A stretch of DNA of 64,000 bases from Candidatus Latescibacterota bacterium (GCA_965203175.1 OZ241867.1:5472001-5536000), one strand, 5' to 3'; counted from the first letter of the stretch, positions 18,650-29,106 are shown. Notes: a model not told the origin generated them from the sequence alone. Numbers and translations are program-made.

Positions 18650-19345
18650 ATGAGGCAGTTCATACCCACCGCGTTCACCATCGGCAATCTGTTCTGCGGA
18701 TTCCTCGCCCTGCACTACGCCTTTAACGGCAACTATGTGCCAGCCGCCTGGCTCATCTTCTTGGGCGCGGTATTCGACAAAATGGATGGCCAACTCGCCC
18801 GGGTCATGGGGCGCGATTCCCAATTTGGGCTCCACTTCGACTCCATCGTCGATGTCTGCACCTTTGGCATCGTGCCCGCTGCCATCATCTATCAGGCCCA
18901 CCTGCCAACCGGCTGGGGGCTGGCGCTGGCCTTCGCGTTCCTGCTGTGCGGTGCCATGCGCCTCGCCCGTTTCAATACGCTCAGCCTCGACGGCGAGCGC
19001 GGCGAATTTTACATGGGATTGGCCATTCCCACAGCGGCGGTTTGCCTCACCCAATACGTGGTTTTTGTCAAAGCGTGGCCCATCCCCCACGCCACACCGC
19101 TGGCCGTACTCCTGATTTTAGTGCTGTCCTTCCTGATGGTCAGTCGGCTCGATTACGACAGTATTCCCAATTTCCGCGGCACTTCCCTCGGCGACCGCTT
19201 CAAACAGCTTTACTTCATCACCACGGTCGGACTGACCATCTACGACAGCACCTTTTTCTTTCCCATGACCCTCGTATACATCTTCTCTGGACCCGTTCGC
19301 TGGATCTTCCGGCTTGTACACGGCAACGTCACGCAACACGCCTGA
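18650..19345 (+). CDS. pssA: CDP-diacylglycerol--serine O-phosphatidyltransferase
   Basis: FTIGNLFCG, D..DG..AR...S.FG..FDS..D, RLARFN. Confidence 0.88.
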   Translation: MRQFIPTAFTIGNLFCGFLALHYAFNGNYVPAAWLIFLGAVFDKMDGQLARVMGRDSQFGLHFDSIVDVCTFGIVPAAIIYQAHLPTGWGLALAFAFLLCGAMRLARFNTLSLDGERGEFYMGLAIPTAAVCLTQYVVFVKAWPIPHATPLAVLLILVLSFLMVSRLDYDSIPNFRGTSLGDRFKQLYFITTVGLTIYDSTFFFPMTLVYIFSGPVRWIFRLVHGNVTQHA

Positions 19346-19351
19346 GTCCCT

Positions 19352-19633
19352 ATGCTGCGCGACAAACCCCTCAGCCACCTCATCCTCATCCTCTTCACTA
19401 CGATGATTGGTGCCAATATCCTCGGTGAAATGCTGAGGTTTGTCCTCATGGCCGTGGTCGGCCCCGATACCATTGTCGAACTTGCTCTCTTGCGCTATGT
19501 GGAGTATTCCATCGGGCCGCATATGTTTAACCTCATCATCCTGTCCTTTTCGTTTGAGCTGGCGCTAAAGTTCAACTTAATCACTATGTTGGGACTCTTC
19601 GTCGGCTGGTACTACTTCCGCCACAGCTATTGA
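19352..19633 (+). CDS. Small membrane protein (DUF4321-like)
   Basis: 93 aa with 2-3 TM segments and a GE.L..FNLI..G pattern; operonic position. Confidence 0.6.
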   Translation: MLRDKPLSHLILILFTTMIGANILGEMLRFVLMAVVGPDTIVELALLRYVEYSIGPHMFNLIILSFSFELALKFNLITMLGLFVGWYYFRHSY

Positions 19634-19657
19634 ACACATCTTTCGGGAGCTAGAGCC

Positions 19658-19966
19658 ATGTTCGGTATGGGCCACTGGGAAATACTTATCATCTTCGTCG
19701 TCATTCTGCTCATCTTCGGCGCCAAGCGCATCCCCGAGATGGCGCAGGGCTTGGGCAAGGGCATCCGCGAGTTCCGCACCGCTATGCGCGACGTGCAGGA
19801 CGAAATCGAGGCCCCAAAGCAACCTACTCAGCCTACGGCCCCACCGGCTCAAACTGAGCCTCAGTCCAAAGACAAGGACCAAGCCCAGATCGAGCCCCAG
19901 TCCAAAGACAAGGACCAAGCCCAGATCGAGCCCCAGTCCAAAGACAAGGACCAAGCCGCCTCCTAA
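19658..19966 (+). CDS. tatA: Twin-arginine translocase TatA/E
   Basis: MFGMG.WE..I....LLIFGAKRIPE.A.GLGKGIREF. Confidence 0.93.
   Translation: MFGMGHWEILIIFVVILLIFGAKRIPEMAQGLGKGIREFRTAMRDVQDEIEAPKQPTQPTAPPAQTEPQSKDKDQAQIEPQSKDKDQAQIEPQSKDKDQAAS
19856..19957 (+). repeat. 36-bp in-frame tandem repeat (about 2.8 copies) in the tatA tail
   Basis: Unit GAGCCYCAGTCCAAAGACAAGGACCAAGCCCAGATC encodes EPQSKDKDQAQI. Confidence 0.95.
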
Positions 19967-19969
19967 CTC

Positions 19970-21415
19970 ATGGCGCTCAACCAAGCCACTGCCCACGAAC
20001 TCAGTGCCCGCCTGCAACAAGGGGAAATCACCGCCCGTCAGCTAGTCGAGGCCGCGCTCGACCGCATCGACGCAATCGACGGCCAGATCAACGCCTTCAT
20101 CAGCGTAGATCCAGAAGGTGCCCTAGCACGCGCCGACGACATCGACCAACGGCGCGCGGCAGGTGCAACTTTGGGGCCTTTGGCGGGCATTCCCTTGGCC
20201 CTCAAAGACGTCCTCTGCGTGCGCGGCGGGCGCACCACCTGTGGCTCGAAAATCCTCGAACACTTCATCGCCCCCTACGACGCCACGGCCGTCGAGCGGC
20301 TGCGCGCTGCCGACGCCGTCTTCATCGGCAAAACCAACATGGACGAGTTCGCCATGGGCTCATCCTGCGAAAACTCCTATTTCGGCCCCACTTTAAACCC
20401 CTGCGACTCCGAGCGGGTGCCGGGTGGGTCCAGCGGCGGCTCGGCCGCGGCGGTAGCCGCCAACGAGACCATCCTCGCCCTCGGCTCAGACACCGGCGGC
20501 TCGGTGCGCCAACCGGCCAGCTACTGCGGCGTCGTGGGCCTCAAGCCCACCTACGGCCGCATCTCGCGCTACGGACTCATAGCCTACGCTTCTTCGCTCG
20601 ACCAAATCGGCCCCGTGACCAAAGATGTCGAAGACGCCGCTCTCCTGCTCCAAGCCATCGCCGGGCACGATCCCCGCGACTCGACTTCCAGCACCGCCCC
20701 CGTGCCGGACTATCGGGCCGCGCTCACAGGGAACGTCCGCGGTTTGCGGGTAGGCTTGGCGCGCGAGTACTTTCCCGCCGCACTTGACGCGGAAATAGCC
20801 GCTGCGGCTCAAGGTGCAGCCAACGCCCTGGTGGATGCAGGAGCCGAACTTGTGGATGTCCAGCTACCCGTGGCCGGCCATCCCGAATACTGCATCAGTA
20901 CCTATTACATCATCGCCATGGCCGAGGCATCGGCCAATCTCGCGCGCTACGACGGCGTCAAATACGGCTATCGCGCCGAGGGTAACACGGACCTGCAGGA
21001 GATGTATTTGCACACGCGCAGCGAGGGCTTTGGCACCGAGGTAAAGCGCCGCATCATGCTCGGGGCCTATGCTCTGAGCGCCGGCTATTACGACGCGTAC
21101 TACCGCAAGGCCCAGCAGGTTCGCACCCTGATCCGCGAAGACTTTGCCCGTGCTTTTGCCACCTGCGACGCGCTGATCTCGCCCGTGGCCCCGACCACTG
21201 CCTTCCGCCTCGGCGAACAGCTCGACGACCCCTTGCAGATGTACCTCAACGACATCTACACGGCCTCGGTCAACCTCGCCGGGATTCCGGCCATATCCGT
21301 GCCCTTTGCTCAAAGCCGTAGTGACTTGCCCATTGGCGTCCAACTATTAGCCCCTCCCCTCGAAGAGGCTCGTTTGCTGCGCGCAGCCCATGCCCTCGAA
21401 CGGGCAGCCGCCTGA
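19970..21415 (+). CDS. gatA: Asp/Glu-tRNA amidotransferase subunit A
   Basis: [55 protein letters not shown]. Confidence 0.96.
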   Translation: MALNQATAHELSARLQQGEITARQLVEAALDRIDAIDGQINAFISVDPEGALARADDIDQRRAAGATLGPLAGIPLALKDVLCVRGGRTTCGSKILEHFIAPYDATAVERLRAADAVFIGKTNMDEFAMGSSCENSYFGPTLNPCDSERVPGGSSGGSAAAVAANETILALGSDTGGSVRQPASYCGVVGLKPTYGRISRYGLIAYASSLDQIGPVTKDVEDAALLLQAIAGHDPRDSTSSTAPVPDYRAALTGNVRGLRVGLAREYFPAALDAEIAAAAQGAANALVDAGAELVDVQLPVAGHPEYCISTYYIIAMAEASANLARYDGVKYGYRAEGNTDLQEMYLHTRSEGFGTEVKRRIMLGAYALSAGYYDAYYRKAQQVRTLIREDFARAFATCDALISPVAPTTAFRLGEQLDDPLQMYLNDIYTASVNLAGIPAISVPFAQSRSDLPIGVQLLAPPLEEARLLRAAHALERAAA

Positions 21416-21432
21416 AATCTGGAGATCAAACT

Positions 21433-22359
21433 ATGAGATACTGTGCCCTCGCCGCCTGCATCCTACTTTCGACCTTGACGCCCGCTAGTGCGATCAACCC
21501 CAACGCCGGCACCACGGGTTTCAACTTTCTCAAGATCGGCGTCGGCACCCGCGCGGCTGCACTCGGCGGGGCCTACGCGGCCGTGTCCGGCAACATCGAG
21601 GCCTCGGCTTGGAATCCCGCCGGACTTTTCGGTTTAAGCGAGCGCACGGCCGCGCTCGCCTACAACAGCTATTTCGTCGATTCCCAAGCTGGCTTCGCCT
21701 CCATCGCTGCCCCCAAGGGATCGCGCGTACACGCCCTAAGCGTCCACTACGTATCCTACGGCGACTTGTGGCATACCGATGCGGAAGGGCGCGATTTGGG
21801 AACCTTCTCGGCAACCGACCTCGCCGCTTACCTGTCCATCGCCCAACAGCTCGGGCCAGACTGGCTAGCCGTCGGTGCCAATTTAAAAGCCGTCTATTCA
21901 AACATCGCCGAGTTTTCTTCAGACGCTTATCTTGCCGATCTGGGCCTCCTCATCCGCGCCCCTATCGAGGGCACCACTCTCGGTGCGGCAATCGCCAATC
22001 TCGGTTTTGTCCGCTCGGGCTACACCGAGGGCTTCAAGGACTCGCTGCCGGTACACATCCGCCTAGGGATGGCCCATCACCTCGCGCACATGCCCGTGCC
22101 CGTGCTCTTGGTGGCCGATTTCAACTTGCCCAACGACAACGACTCTTATCTAGCCTTCGGCCTTGAGGTCCAGCTCGCCTCGGGCCTCTACATCCGGCCC
22201 GGTTACACCACTCAACAAACCGGAAGCCAAGACGAGGAGCCGCTGGGTCTGAGCGCCGGAGCCGGACTGATCATGAACCGCTACGCAGTCGATTACGCCT
22301 ACTCGTCCTCTCCCGACTTAGGCCAAATCCATCGGGTCTCGATCATCGGCACCTTTTAA
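21433..22359 (+). CDS. PorV/PorQ-family outer-membrane beta-barrel protein
   Basis: Signal peptide; FLKIGVG.RA.ALGGAY.A, WNPAGL, DYAY..LG..HRVS; terminal Phe. Confidence 0.8.
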   Translation: MRYCALAACILLSTLTPASAINPNAGTTGFNFLKIGVGTRAAALGGAYAAVSGNIEASAWNPAGLFGLSERTAALAYNSYFVDSQAGFASIAAPKGSRVHALSVHYVSYGDLWHTDAEGRDLGTFSATDLAAYLSIAQQLGPDWLAVGANLKAVYSNIAEFSSDAYLADLGLLIRAPIEGTTLGAAIANLGFVRSGYTEGFKDSLPVHIRLGMAHHLAHMPVPVLLVADFNLPNDNDSYLAFGLEVQLASGLYIRPGYTTQQTGSQDEEPLGLSAGAGLIMNRYAVDYAYSSSPDLGQIHRVSIIGTF

Positions 22360-22367
22360 AACGCGCT

Positions 22368-23282
22368 ATGCCCGGCCTCAGCTCGGAGCAACTCGCATTC
22401 TTCCACGCCGAGGGCTACGTCCACGTACCCGACGCCTTGGCCCCCAAAGATCTAGATCCAGTCCAAGCGGAACTAGAGGGAATCGTCGATCAAGCCGCCC
22501 AACGTCTGCTGGCCGCCGGCAAAATAGAACGCGACTATGGGGAGCTACCTTTTGCAAAGCGCCTGATTCCCCTCGCCAAAGCCGATGCCAGCGCCACAGC
22601 CGGTATCAACTTCCCCGCCAATCTAGGGCCCAACATCTTCGCCTTTTTGCACAACCCACGGCTGCTCGATCTGATCGAATCCTTGGTCGGCCCGGAAATC
22701 TACGCCAACTCCTGCCAGCACATCCGCGCCAAAGTCCCGGCCAGCGACGAGTACGCCGGCAATTTCTCGCAAAACGAATGGGCGCGCTCCACCGCTTGGC
22801 ACCAAGATCTCGGCGTGTTGTTGCCCGAAGCCGACGACACGCTCGTCGTCACCACTTGGATCCCTCTCGTCGATGCCGACGAAGAAAACGGCACCCTGAT
22901 GATCTATCCCCGCTGCCACCAAGAGCCGCTGCGCCGACACGTGCGCCCGCCCGCCGACCAAGGCGGCAGCTTCACCGTCGCTCCCGAAGAGTTGCCTTCC
23001 TGGGATCCGGTCACCATCCCCGTCCAACGCGGCGGCCTGATCGCCATTCACTGCCGCACCCCGCACGGCAGCCAACCCAACCGTTCCGACGCGGTGCGCT
23101 GGAGCATGGACCTGCGCTGGAACGACGCCCGCAAGCCCAATGGCCGGCCCCACCTACCCGGCCTCCTCGTCCGCAGCCAGGAGCATCCCGAACTGGTGGT
23201 CCACGACCGCCAAGAGTGGCTGACAGCCTGGAAATTCGCCCGCGTCTCCAGCCGCGGTGCTCGCACCTATCGCTGGACCTGA
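22368..23282 (+). CDS. Phytanoyl-CoA dioxygenase (PhyH) family protein
   Basis: F..EGY, WHQD, WIPL.D..ENG, HGS.PN.S..VRWS.DLR. Confidence 0.9.
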   Translation: MPGLSSEQLAFFHAEGYVHVPDALAPKDLDPVQAELEGIVDQAAQRLLAAGKIERDYGELPFAKRLIPLAKADASATAGINFPANLGPNIFAFLHNPRLLDLIESLVGPEIYANSCQHIRAKVPASDEYAGNFSQNEWARSTAWHQDLGVLLPEADDTLVVTTWIPLVDADEENGTLMIYPRCHQEPLRRHVRPPADQGGSFTVAPEELPSWDPVTIPVQRGGLIAIHCRTPHGSQPNRSDAVRWSMDLRWNDARKPNGRPHLPGLLVRSQEHPELVVHDRQEWLTAWKFARVSSRGARTYRWT

Positions 23283-23497
23283 GGAGCATTTCTAGCCCGC
23301 CGTGATTGGGGGAGCGGACCGCTCCGCTAGTCATCCCTGAGTGATGGAAGGAGCGTTACCCGCAGTCTGCGCCGCTGTGTCCCAAATGGGTCATTGTCGC
23401 CGGGTGCAAAGATCAATGGCCTGCACATAACTATCTGTTCCTAAAGTAAATAACAGTTTAGTCAACGTCTTGGCCCGCTCTTTGCATTAGCAGGGCC

Positions 23498-26440
23498 ATG
23501 GCCCGTCTCCTGTCCTTTGTCCTCCTGCTTGGGTTCGCGCCCCTCGCCGAAGCCACGATTGTCATCAGCGAAGTGCTCGCCGACCCGCCTACGGGTGCCG
23601 CTGGCGACGCCAACCAAGACGGCCAGCGCAACACCTATGAAGACGAGTTCATCGAACTCTACAACGCCGGTTCAGCACCCGTCGATATAAGTGGCTGGCG
23701 GCTGGGCGATAGCTCGTCATCGAACAACTCCTTTCAATTCCCAGCCAATACCATCATTGAACCGGACTCCTACGTCGTCCTCTTCGGCGGCGGCACTCCA
23801 TCGAGATTCACCGTCCCCGTCTATACTGATGACGGGCGCATTGGCAACGGACTGACCAACTCCGGCGAGGAGATTCGCCTGACCGACGCCAACGGCGCGG
23901 AGATCGCGGTCGTTTCGCACGGCACCTGGCCCAGCGACCAATCCATCGTCCGCAACCCATCCGACGGCGGTGCGTTTGTTCCACACAAAACCGCCTCGCC
24001 AACCGGGGAGCTCTTTTCTCCCGGACGCGCCACAGATGCCGAACCGGAAACACCCGAAACACCCGAACCGGAAACACCCGAACCGGAAACGCCCGAAACC
24101 GAAACACCGCCCGAACCTACACCCGCCTACCCCCTCTTCATCAGCGAAGTGCTCGCCGATCCGCCTTCGGGTGCCGCTGGCGACGCCAACCAAGACGGCC
24201 AGCGCAACACCTATGAAGACGAGTTCATCGAACTCTACAACGCCGGTTCAGCACCCGTCGATATAAGTGGCTGGCGGCTGGGCGACAGCAGGCCTCCGAA
24301 GGAACACTTCCAATTCCCCGCCGACGCGGTCATTGAACCCGGCTCGTACGTCGTCCTCTTCGGCGGCGGCAACCCGTCAGGATTTACCGTGCCCGTCTAT
24401 ACCGACGACGGAAAAATCGGCAATGGCTTGACCGGCAAGGGCGAGGTGGTTCGCCTGATCGACAAAAACGGCCATGAGATCGATAGCGTCGCGCATACCC
24501 CTTGGCCCAGCAAACAGTCTCTCGTCCGCCATCCGCCCGACGGAGACGCATGGGTTCCACACAAGACCGCCTCAACGGTCAAAGCCCTCTTCTCGCCCGG
24601 CCACACCCACATCATCCCCAAACCCTCCTACCCCCTCTTCATCAGCGAAGTGCTCGCCGACCCGCCTTCCGGCCTTGCTGGCGACGCCAATCGAGACGGC
24701 CAGCGCGACGGGTATGAGGATGATTTCATCGAACTGTACAATGCCGGATCGGAGCCTATCCCCTTGGCCGGCTGGCGGCTAGGCGACAGCACGGCACTGA
24801 AGAATTTCTTCCAATTCCCCGCTGACGCGGTCATCGCCCCGCACTCGTACGTCGTCCTCTTCGGCGGCGGCAACCCGTCGGGATTTACCGTGCCCGTCTA
24901 TATCGACGACGGAAAAATCGGCAACGGACTGACCAGTAGCGGCGAGGATATTCACCTGATCGACAAAAACGGCCACGAGATCGATGTAGTCTCGCACGAC
25001 GAGTGGCCCAAAGATCAGTCTATCGTCCGCGCCCCATTGGACGGCGGAGCCTTTGTCCCGCACAAAACCGCCTCGCCGATTGAAGCCTTCTTCTCACCCG
25101 GACACGCTCCGGACACGCGACCCATTTTGACCTATTCCCTCTTCATCAGCGAAGTACTCGCCGACCCGCCTGAGGGACCGGCTGGCGACGCTAATCGCGA
25201 CGGTCGGTACGACTCGCATGAAGACGAATTCATCGAACTCTACAACGCCGGTCCCGTGCCCGTTTCCCTAGCCGGCTGGCGTTTGGGCGACGCGGGTTCA
25301 CTAAGCGATTACTTCCGCTTCCCACGCGACGCCATCATCGCCCCTCGCTCCTACGTTGTCCTCTTCGGCGGCGGCAACCCTTTAGGATTCACCGTCCCCG
25401 TCTATACCGATGACGGAACCATCGGCGATGGACTGACCAACTCCGGCGAGTCTATCCACCTAATTGACAATCATGGCCATGAGGTCTCGTTCCTCTTTCA
25501 AGCTACTTGGCCCTATGCCCAGTCTATCGTCCGCACCCCATCGGACGGCGGAGCCTTTGTCCCGCACAAAACCGCCTCGCCGAATGGGACACCCTTCTCA
25601 CCCGGACACGCTCCGGACACGCGACCCATTTTGACCTATTCCCTCTTCATCAGCGAAGTACTCGCCGACCCGCCTGAGGGACCGGCTGGCGACGCTAATC
25701 GCGACGGTCAGCGCGATCCGTATGAAGACGAATTCATCGAACTCTACAACGCCGGTCCCGTGCCCGTTTCCCTAGCCGGCTGGCGCTTGGGCGACGCGGG
25801 TTCACTAAGCGATTACTTCCGCTTCCCACGCGACGCCATCATTGAACCCGGCTCCTATGTCGTCCTCTTCGGCGGTGGCAACCCAGCGGGGTTCACCGTC
25901 CCCGTCTATACTGACGACGGAACCATCGGCGATGGACTGACCAACTCCGGCGAGTCTATCCACCTAATTGACAATCATGGCCATGAGGTCTCGTTCCTCT
26001 TCCAATCTACTTGGCCCTATGCTCAATCCCTCGTCCGCATTTCACCGGATAGCACCGCGTTTGTTCCGCACCAAACCGCCTCGCTGACCCAAGCCTCCTT
26101 CTCTCCTGGACGCACCATAGACGCGCCCTCTGCATCTGCAGCCAAAATCTCTGCAATGGCCTCGGCAACCTCGCTCCACGTGTGGCCCAACCCCTTCAAC
26201 GCAACCGCTCACTTCGGCTTCTACCTCCGCCAAGCCGCCGTCGTCCACGTAGCCATCTACAACATCCAAGGCCAACTTGTGCGCACGCTGGTGGATGCGC
26301 CGCTACACGCGGGTCTGCACCAGATGCGATGGGATGGCCGTGACGAACGGGGCTATTGGGCGGCGACCGGTCTGTACTTCGCTCGTTTCCACATCGCGCA
26401 TAGCCCCCCGCACTACGCCAAGCTTCTCCTCCTCCGCTGA
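23498..26440 (+). CDS. Secreted protein with 5 lamin-tail domains and T9SS type-A/FlgD CTD
   Basis: Signal peptide; five ISEVLADPP..GDAN.DG..EFIELYN..L.GW.LG repeats; WPNPFN..IYNIQGQLVRTL..WDGRD..GLYF..KLLLLR. Confidence 0.9.
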   Translation: MARLLSFVLLLGFAPLAEATIVISEVLADPPTGAAGDANQDGQRNTYEDEFIELYNAGSAPVDISGWRLGDSSSSNNSFQFPANTIIEPDSYVVLFGGGTPSRFTVPVYTDDGRIGNGLTNSGEEIRLTDANGAEIAVVSHGTWPSDQSIVRNPSDGGAFVPHKTASPTGELFSPGRATDAEPETPETPEPETPEPETPETETPPEPTPAYPLFISEVLADPPSGAAGDANQDGQRNTYEDEFIELYNAGSAPVDISGWRLGDSRPPKEHFQFPADAVIEPGSYVVLFGGGNPSGFTVPVYTDDGKIGNGLTGKGEVVRLIDKNGHEIDSVAHTPWPSKQSLVRHPPDGDAWVPHKTASTVKALFSPGHTHIIPKPSYPLFISEVLADPPSGLAGDANRDGQRDGYEDDFIELYNAGSEPIPLAGWRLGDSTALKNFFQFPADAVIAPHSYVVLFGGGNPSGFTVPVYIDDGKIGNGLTSSGEDIHLIDKNGHEIDVVSHDEWPKDQSIVRAPLDGGAFVPHKTASPIEAFFSPGHAPDTRPILTYSLFISEVLADPPEGPAGDANRDGRYDSHEDEFIELYNAGPVPVSLAGWRLGDAGSLSDYFRFPRDAIIAPRSYVVLFGGGNPLGFTVPVYTDDGTIGDGLTNSGESIHLIDNHGHEVSFLFQATWPYAQSIVRTPSDGGAFVPHKTASPNGTPFSPGHAPDTRPILTYSLFISEVLADPPEGPAGDANRDGQRDPYEDEFIELYNAGPVPVSLAGWRLGDAGSLSDYFRFPRDAIIEPGSYVVLFGGGNPAGFTVPVYTDDGTIGDGLTNSGESIHLIDNHGHEVSFLFQSTWPYAQSLVRISPDSTAFVPHQTASLTQASFSPGRTIDAPSASAAKISAMASATSLHVWPNPFNATAHFGFYLRQAAVVHVAIYNIQGQLVRTLVDAPLHAGLHQMRWDGRDERGYWAATGLYFARFHIAHSPPHYAKLLLLR
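24039..24117 (+). repeat. Low-complexity 9/15-bp repeats encoding a PETPE linker
   Basis: CCGAACCGGAAACAC and CCGAAACAC units encode EPETPETPEPETPEPETPETETPPEP. Confidence 0.9.
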
Positions 26441-26496
26441 GACTCCATCCCACGCAGGTTGTGCATTAGCCGCCTCGGTTACATATTTTGGTAAGA

Positions 26497-26521
26497 CGTA
26501 CTCATCGGTGAGTACGCTTTT
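26497..26521 (+). terminator. Candidate terminator between the two LTD genes
   Basis: CGTACTCA-TCGG-TGAGTACG followed by CTTTT. Confidence 0.5.
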
Positions 26522-26642
26522 AGCAAGGCTTGACCGACCAGCGGTTTTAAAAACTCTTCTATAGGTCACTTGATGGGTGCATCCTTTCTAATCATTCCTA
26601 GCACAGAACGGTTTTAAGAGCCTGCCTAATCCGGCAAAGGTC

Positions 26643-29048
26643 ATGCTCTGCCTCTGCTACAGGCACCTCGCTCTGCTGATGCTGCTCTCGCTCCCATCCC
26701 TCGCCGCAGCCAACGTCATCATCAGCGAAGTACTCGCCGACCCGCCTGAAGGATCGGCTGGCGACGCCAACCGCGACGGTCAGCGCGACCCGCATGAAGA
26801 TGAGTTCATCGAACTCTACAACACCGGCTCACGTCGCGTCTCCCTAGCCGGTTGGCGATTGGGCGACGCGGGACCCCTAAGCGACTACTTCCGCTTCCCA
26901 GCCAAGGCCATCATTGAACCCGGCTCCTATGTCGTCCTCTTCGGCGGCGGCAATCCGGCTGAGTCCACCATCCCCGTCTATACCGATAACGGAACCATCG
27001 GCGATGGACTGACCGACAGCGGTGAGGCCATCCATCTGATCAATAAACGTGGCCATGAGGTCGCGTTCTTCTCCCATACCTCTTGGCCCGACAACCAATC
27101 CCTCACCCGCATTTCACCGGACAGCAGCGCATTTGTCCCGCACAAAACCATCTCGCCGACTGAGGAGTTATTTTCACCTGGACATGCCCCGGGAACTCGG
27201 CCCCCCTTGGTCTACCCCCTCATCATCAGCGAAGTACTCGCCGACCCGCCCGAGGGGCTAGCCGGCGACGCGAATCGCGACGGTCAGCGCGATCCGCATG
27301 AAGACGAATTCATCGAACTCTACAACTCCGGTCCCATTCCTATCTCCCTAGCCGGCTGGCTCTTGGGCGGGTCGGAGTCCCTGAGCGATTACTTCCACTT
27401 CCCGTCCGACGCCGTCGTTGGCCCCGGCTCCTATGTCGTCCTCTTCGGCGGCGGCAATCCGGCGGAGCTCACCATCCCCGTCTATACCGATGATGGAGCT
27501 ATCGGCGATGGACTAACCGACAGCGGTGAGGCCATTCACCTGATCGACGATCATGGCCATGAGATCTCGTTTCTCTCCGAGTCCACTTGGCCCGACAACC
27601 AATCCCTCGTCCGCACTTCACCGGATAGCAGCGCGTTCGTCCCGCACAAAACCGCCTCGCCGACTGGGGCACCTTTTTCACCTGGACATGCCCCAGGAAC
27701 GCAGCCCCCCTTGATTTCCTCCCTCTTCATTAGCGAAGTGCTAGCCGATCCGCCTTTGGGACTAGCCGGCGATGCCAATCGCGATGGTCGGCGCGACCCG
27801 CATGAAGATCAATTCATCGAACTCTACAACGCCGGCCCCGCGCCCATCTCCCTAGCCGGTTGGCTCTTGGGCGGCGAGGGGCCTCGAATTGGCTTCTTCC
27901 GCTTCCCGTCCGACGCTATCATTGAATCCAACTCGTATGTCGTCCTCTTCGGCGGCGGCGACCCGGCGGAGTTCACCATCCCCGTCTATACCGACGATGG
28001 AACAATCGGCAATGGACTGCCCAACACCGGTGAAGCCATCTACCTAATCGACGATCATGGCCATGAGGTCTCGTTCCTCTCCCACGCCACTTGGCCTGAA
28101 GACCAATCCCTCGTCCGCATTTCACCGGATAGCAACGCGTTCGTCCCACACAAAACTGTCTCGGAAACCGAGGCCCCCTTTTCGCCCGGCTATGCCCCAG
28201 ACCTGCCTACTGAGTCAGAAGAGCCGGAAACGCCATCTATGCCTAGTTACCCTCTCTTCATCAGCGAGGTGCTCGCCGACCCGCCTGAAGGATTAACCGG
28301 CGATGCCAATCGCGACGGTCAGCGCGATCCCTATGAAGACGAATTCATCGAACTCTACAACGCCGGAGCAGACACTATCTCCTTAGCTAGCTGGCAGTTG
28401 GGCGACGCTGCGTCCCTGATCGATTATTTCCGCTTCCCTCCCGGTGCCTTCATTGCTCCCGGCTCGTATGTCGTCCTCTTCGGCGGCGGTGATCCATCGG
28501 AGTTCGCCGTTCCCATCTATACCGACGACGGAACAATCGGCGATGGACTAACCGACAGCGGCGAAGCCATCTACCTAATCGATAAAACTGGCTATAGGGT
28601 CGCCAGCGTTTCCCACTCCACTTGGCCCGACGACCAGTCTATCGTCCGCACCTCAGCAGATAGCGCGTTTGTCCCGCACAAAACGGCCTCGTTGACCGAG
28701 ATCCCTTTTTCACCCGGACGCGCCACAGACGCGCCCTCTGAATCAGCGACTAAAATCCCTGCAACGGCATCGGCCCCCTCGCTTCAGGTATGGCCTAACC
28801 CCTTCAACGCCACCACCCACCTCCACTTCCACCTCGACCAAGCCACCTCCGTCCGTTTAGCGATCTACAACGTCCAAGGCCAACTGGTGCGCACGCTCGT
28901 GGACGCGCCGCTCGACGCCGGCGTACACCAGACGCGATGGGATGGCCGAGACGAACGCGGCCATTTGGTGGCTACCGGTCCGTACTTCGTCCGTTTCCGC
29001 ATCGCACATAGCCCCCCACACTACGCCAAGCTCGTCCTTATCCGCTAA
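26643..29048 (+). CDS. Secreted protein with 4 lamin-tail domains and T9SS type-A/FlgD CTD
   Basis: Paralog of 23498..26440; four LTD repeats; WPNPFN CTD ending KLVLIR. Confidence 0.9.
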   Translation: MLCLCYRHLALLMLLSLPSLAAANVIISEVLADPPEGSAGDANRDGQRDPHEDEFIELYNTGSRRVSLAGWRLGDAGPLSDYFRFPAKAIIEPGSYVVLFGGGNPAESTIPVYTDNGTIGDGLTDSGEAIHLINKRGHEVAFFSHTSWPDNQSLTRISPDSSAFVPHKTISPTEELFSPGHAPGTRPPLVYPLIISEVLADPPEGLAGDANRDGQRDPHEDEFIELYNSGPIPISLAGWLLGGSESLSDYFHFPSDAVVGPGSYVVLFGGGNPAELTIPVYTDDGAIGDGLTDSGEAIHLIDDHGHEISFLSESTWPDNQSLVRTSPDSSAFVPHKTASPTGAPFSPGHAPGTQPPLISSLFISEVLADPPLGLAGDANRDGRRDPHEDQFIELYNAGPAPISLAGWLLGGEGPRIGFFRFPSDAIIESNSYVVLFGGGDPAEFTIPVYTDDGTIGNGLPNTGEAIYLIDDHGHEVSFLSHATWPEDQSLVRISPDSNAFVPHKTVSETEAPFSPGYAPDLPTESEEPETPSMPSYPLFISEVLADPPEGLTGDANRDGQRDPYEDEFIELYNAGADTISLASWQLGDAASLIDYFRFPPGAFIAPGSYVVLFGGGDPSEFAVPIYTDDGTIGDGLTDSGEAIYLIDKTGYRVASVSHSTWPDDQSIVRTSADSAFVPHKTASLTEIPFSPGRATDAPSESATKIPATASAPSLQVWPNPFNATTHLHFHLDQATSVRLAIYNVQGQLVRTLVDAPLDAGVHQTRWDGRDERGHLVATGPYFVRFRIAHSPPHYAKLVLIR

Positions 29049-29082
29049 AACAAAAGCCCCACCTCCAAGGGAGATGGGGCTT
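29047..29082 (-). terminator. Rho-independent terminator of sodN
   Basis: Minus strand AAGCCCCATCTCC-CTT-GGAGGTGGGGCTT followed by TTGTTTT. Confidence 0.8.
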
Positions 29083-29106
29083 CCACCAGCGAGACTTGGG
29101 GATGCG

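Noticed and set aside
19856-19957. CRISPR array (36-bp repeats)
   Set aside because: Units are contiguous with no spacers, lie in frame within tatA, and no cas genes are present.
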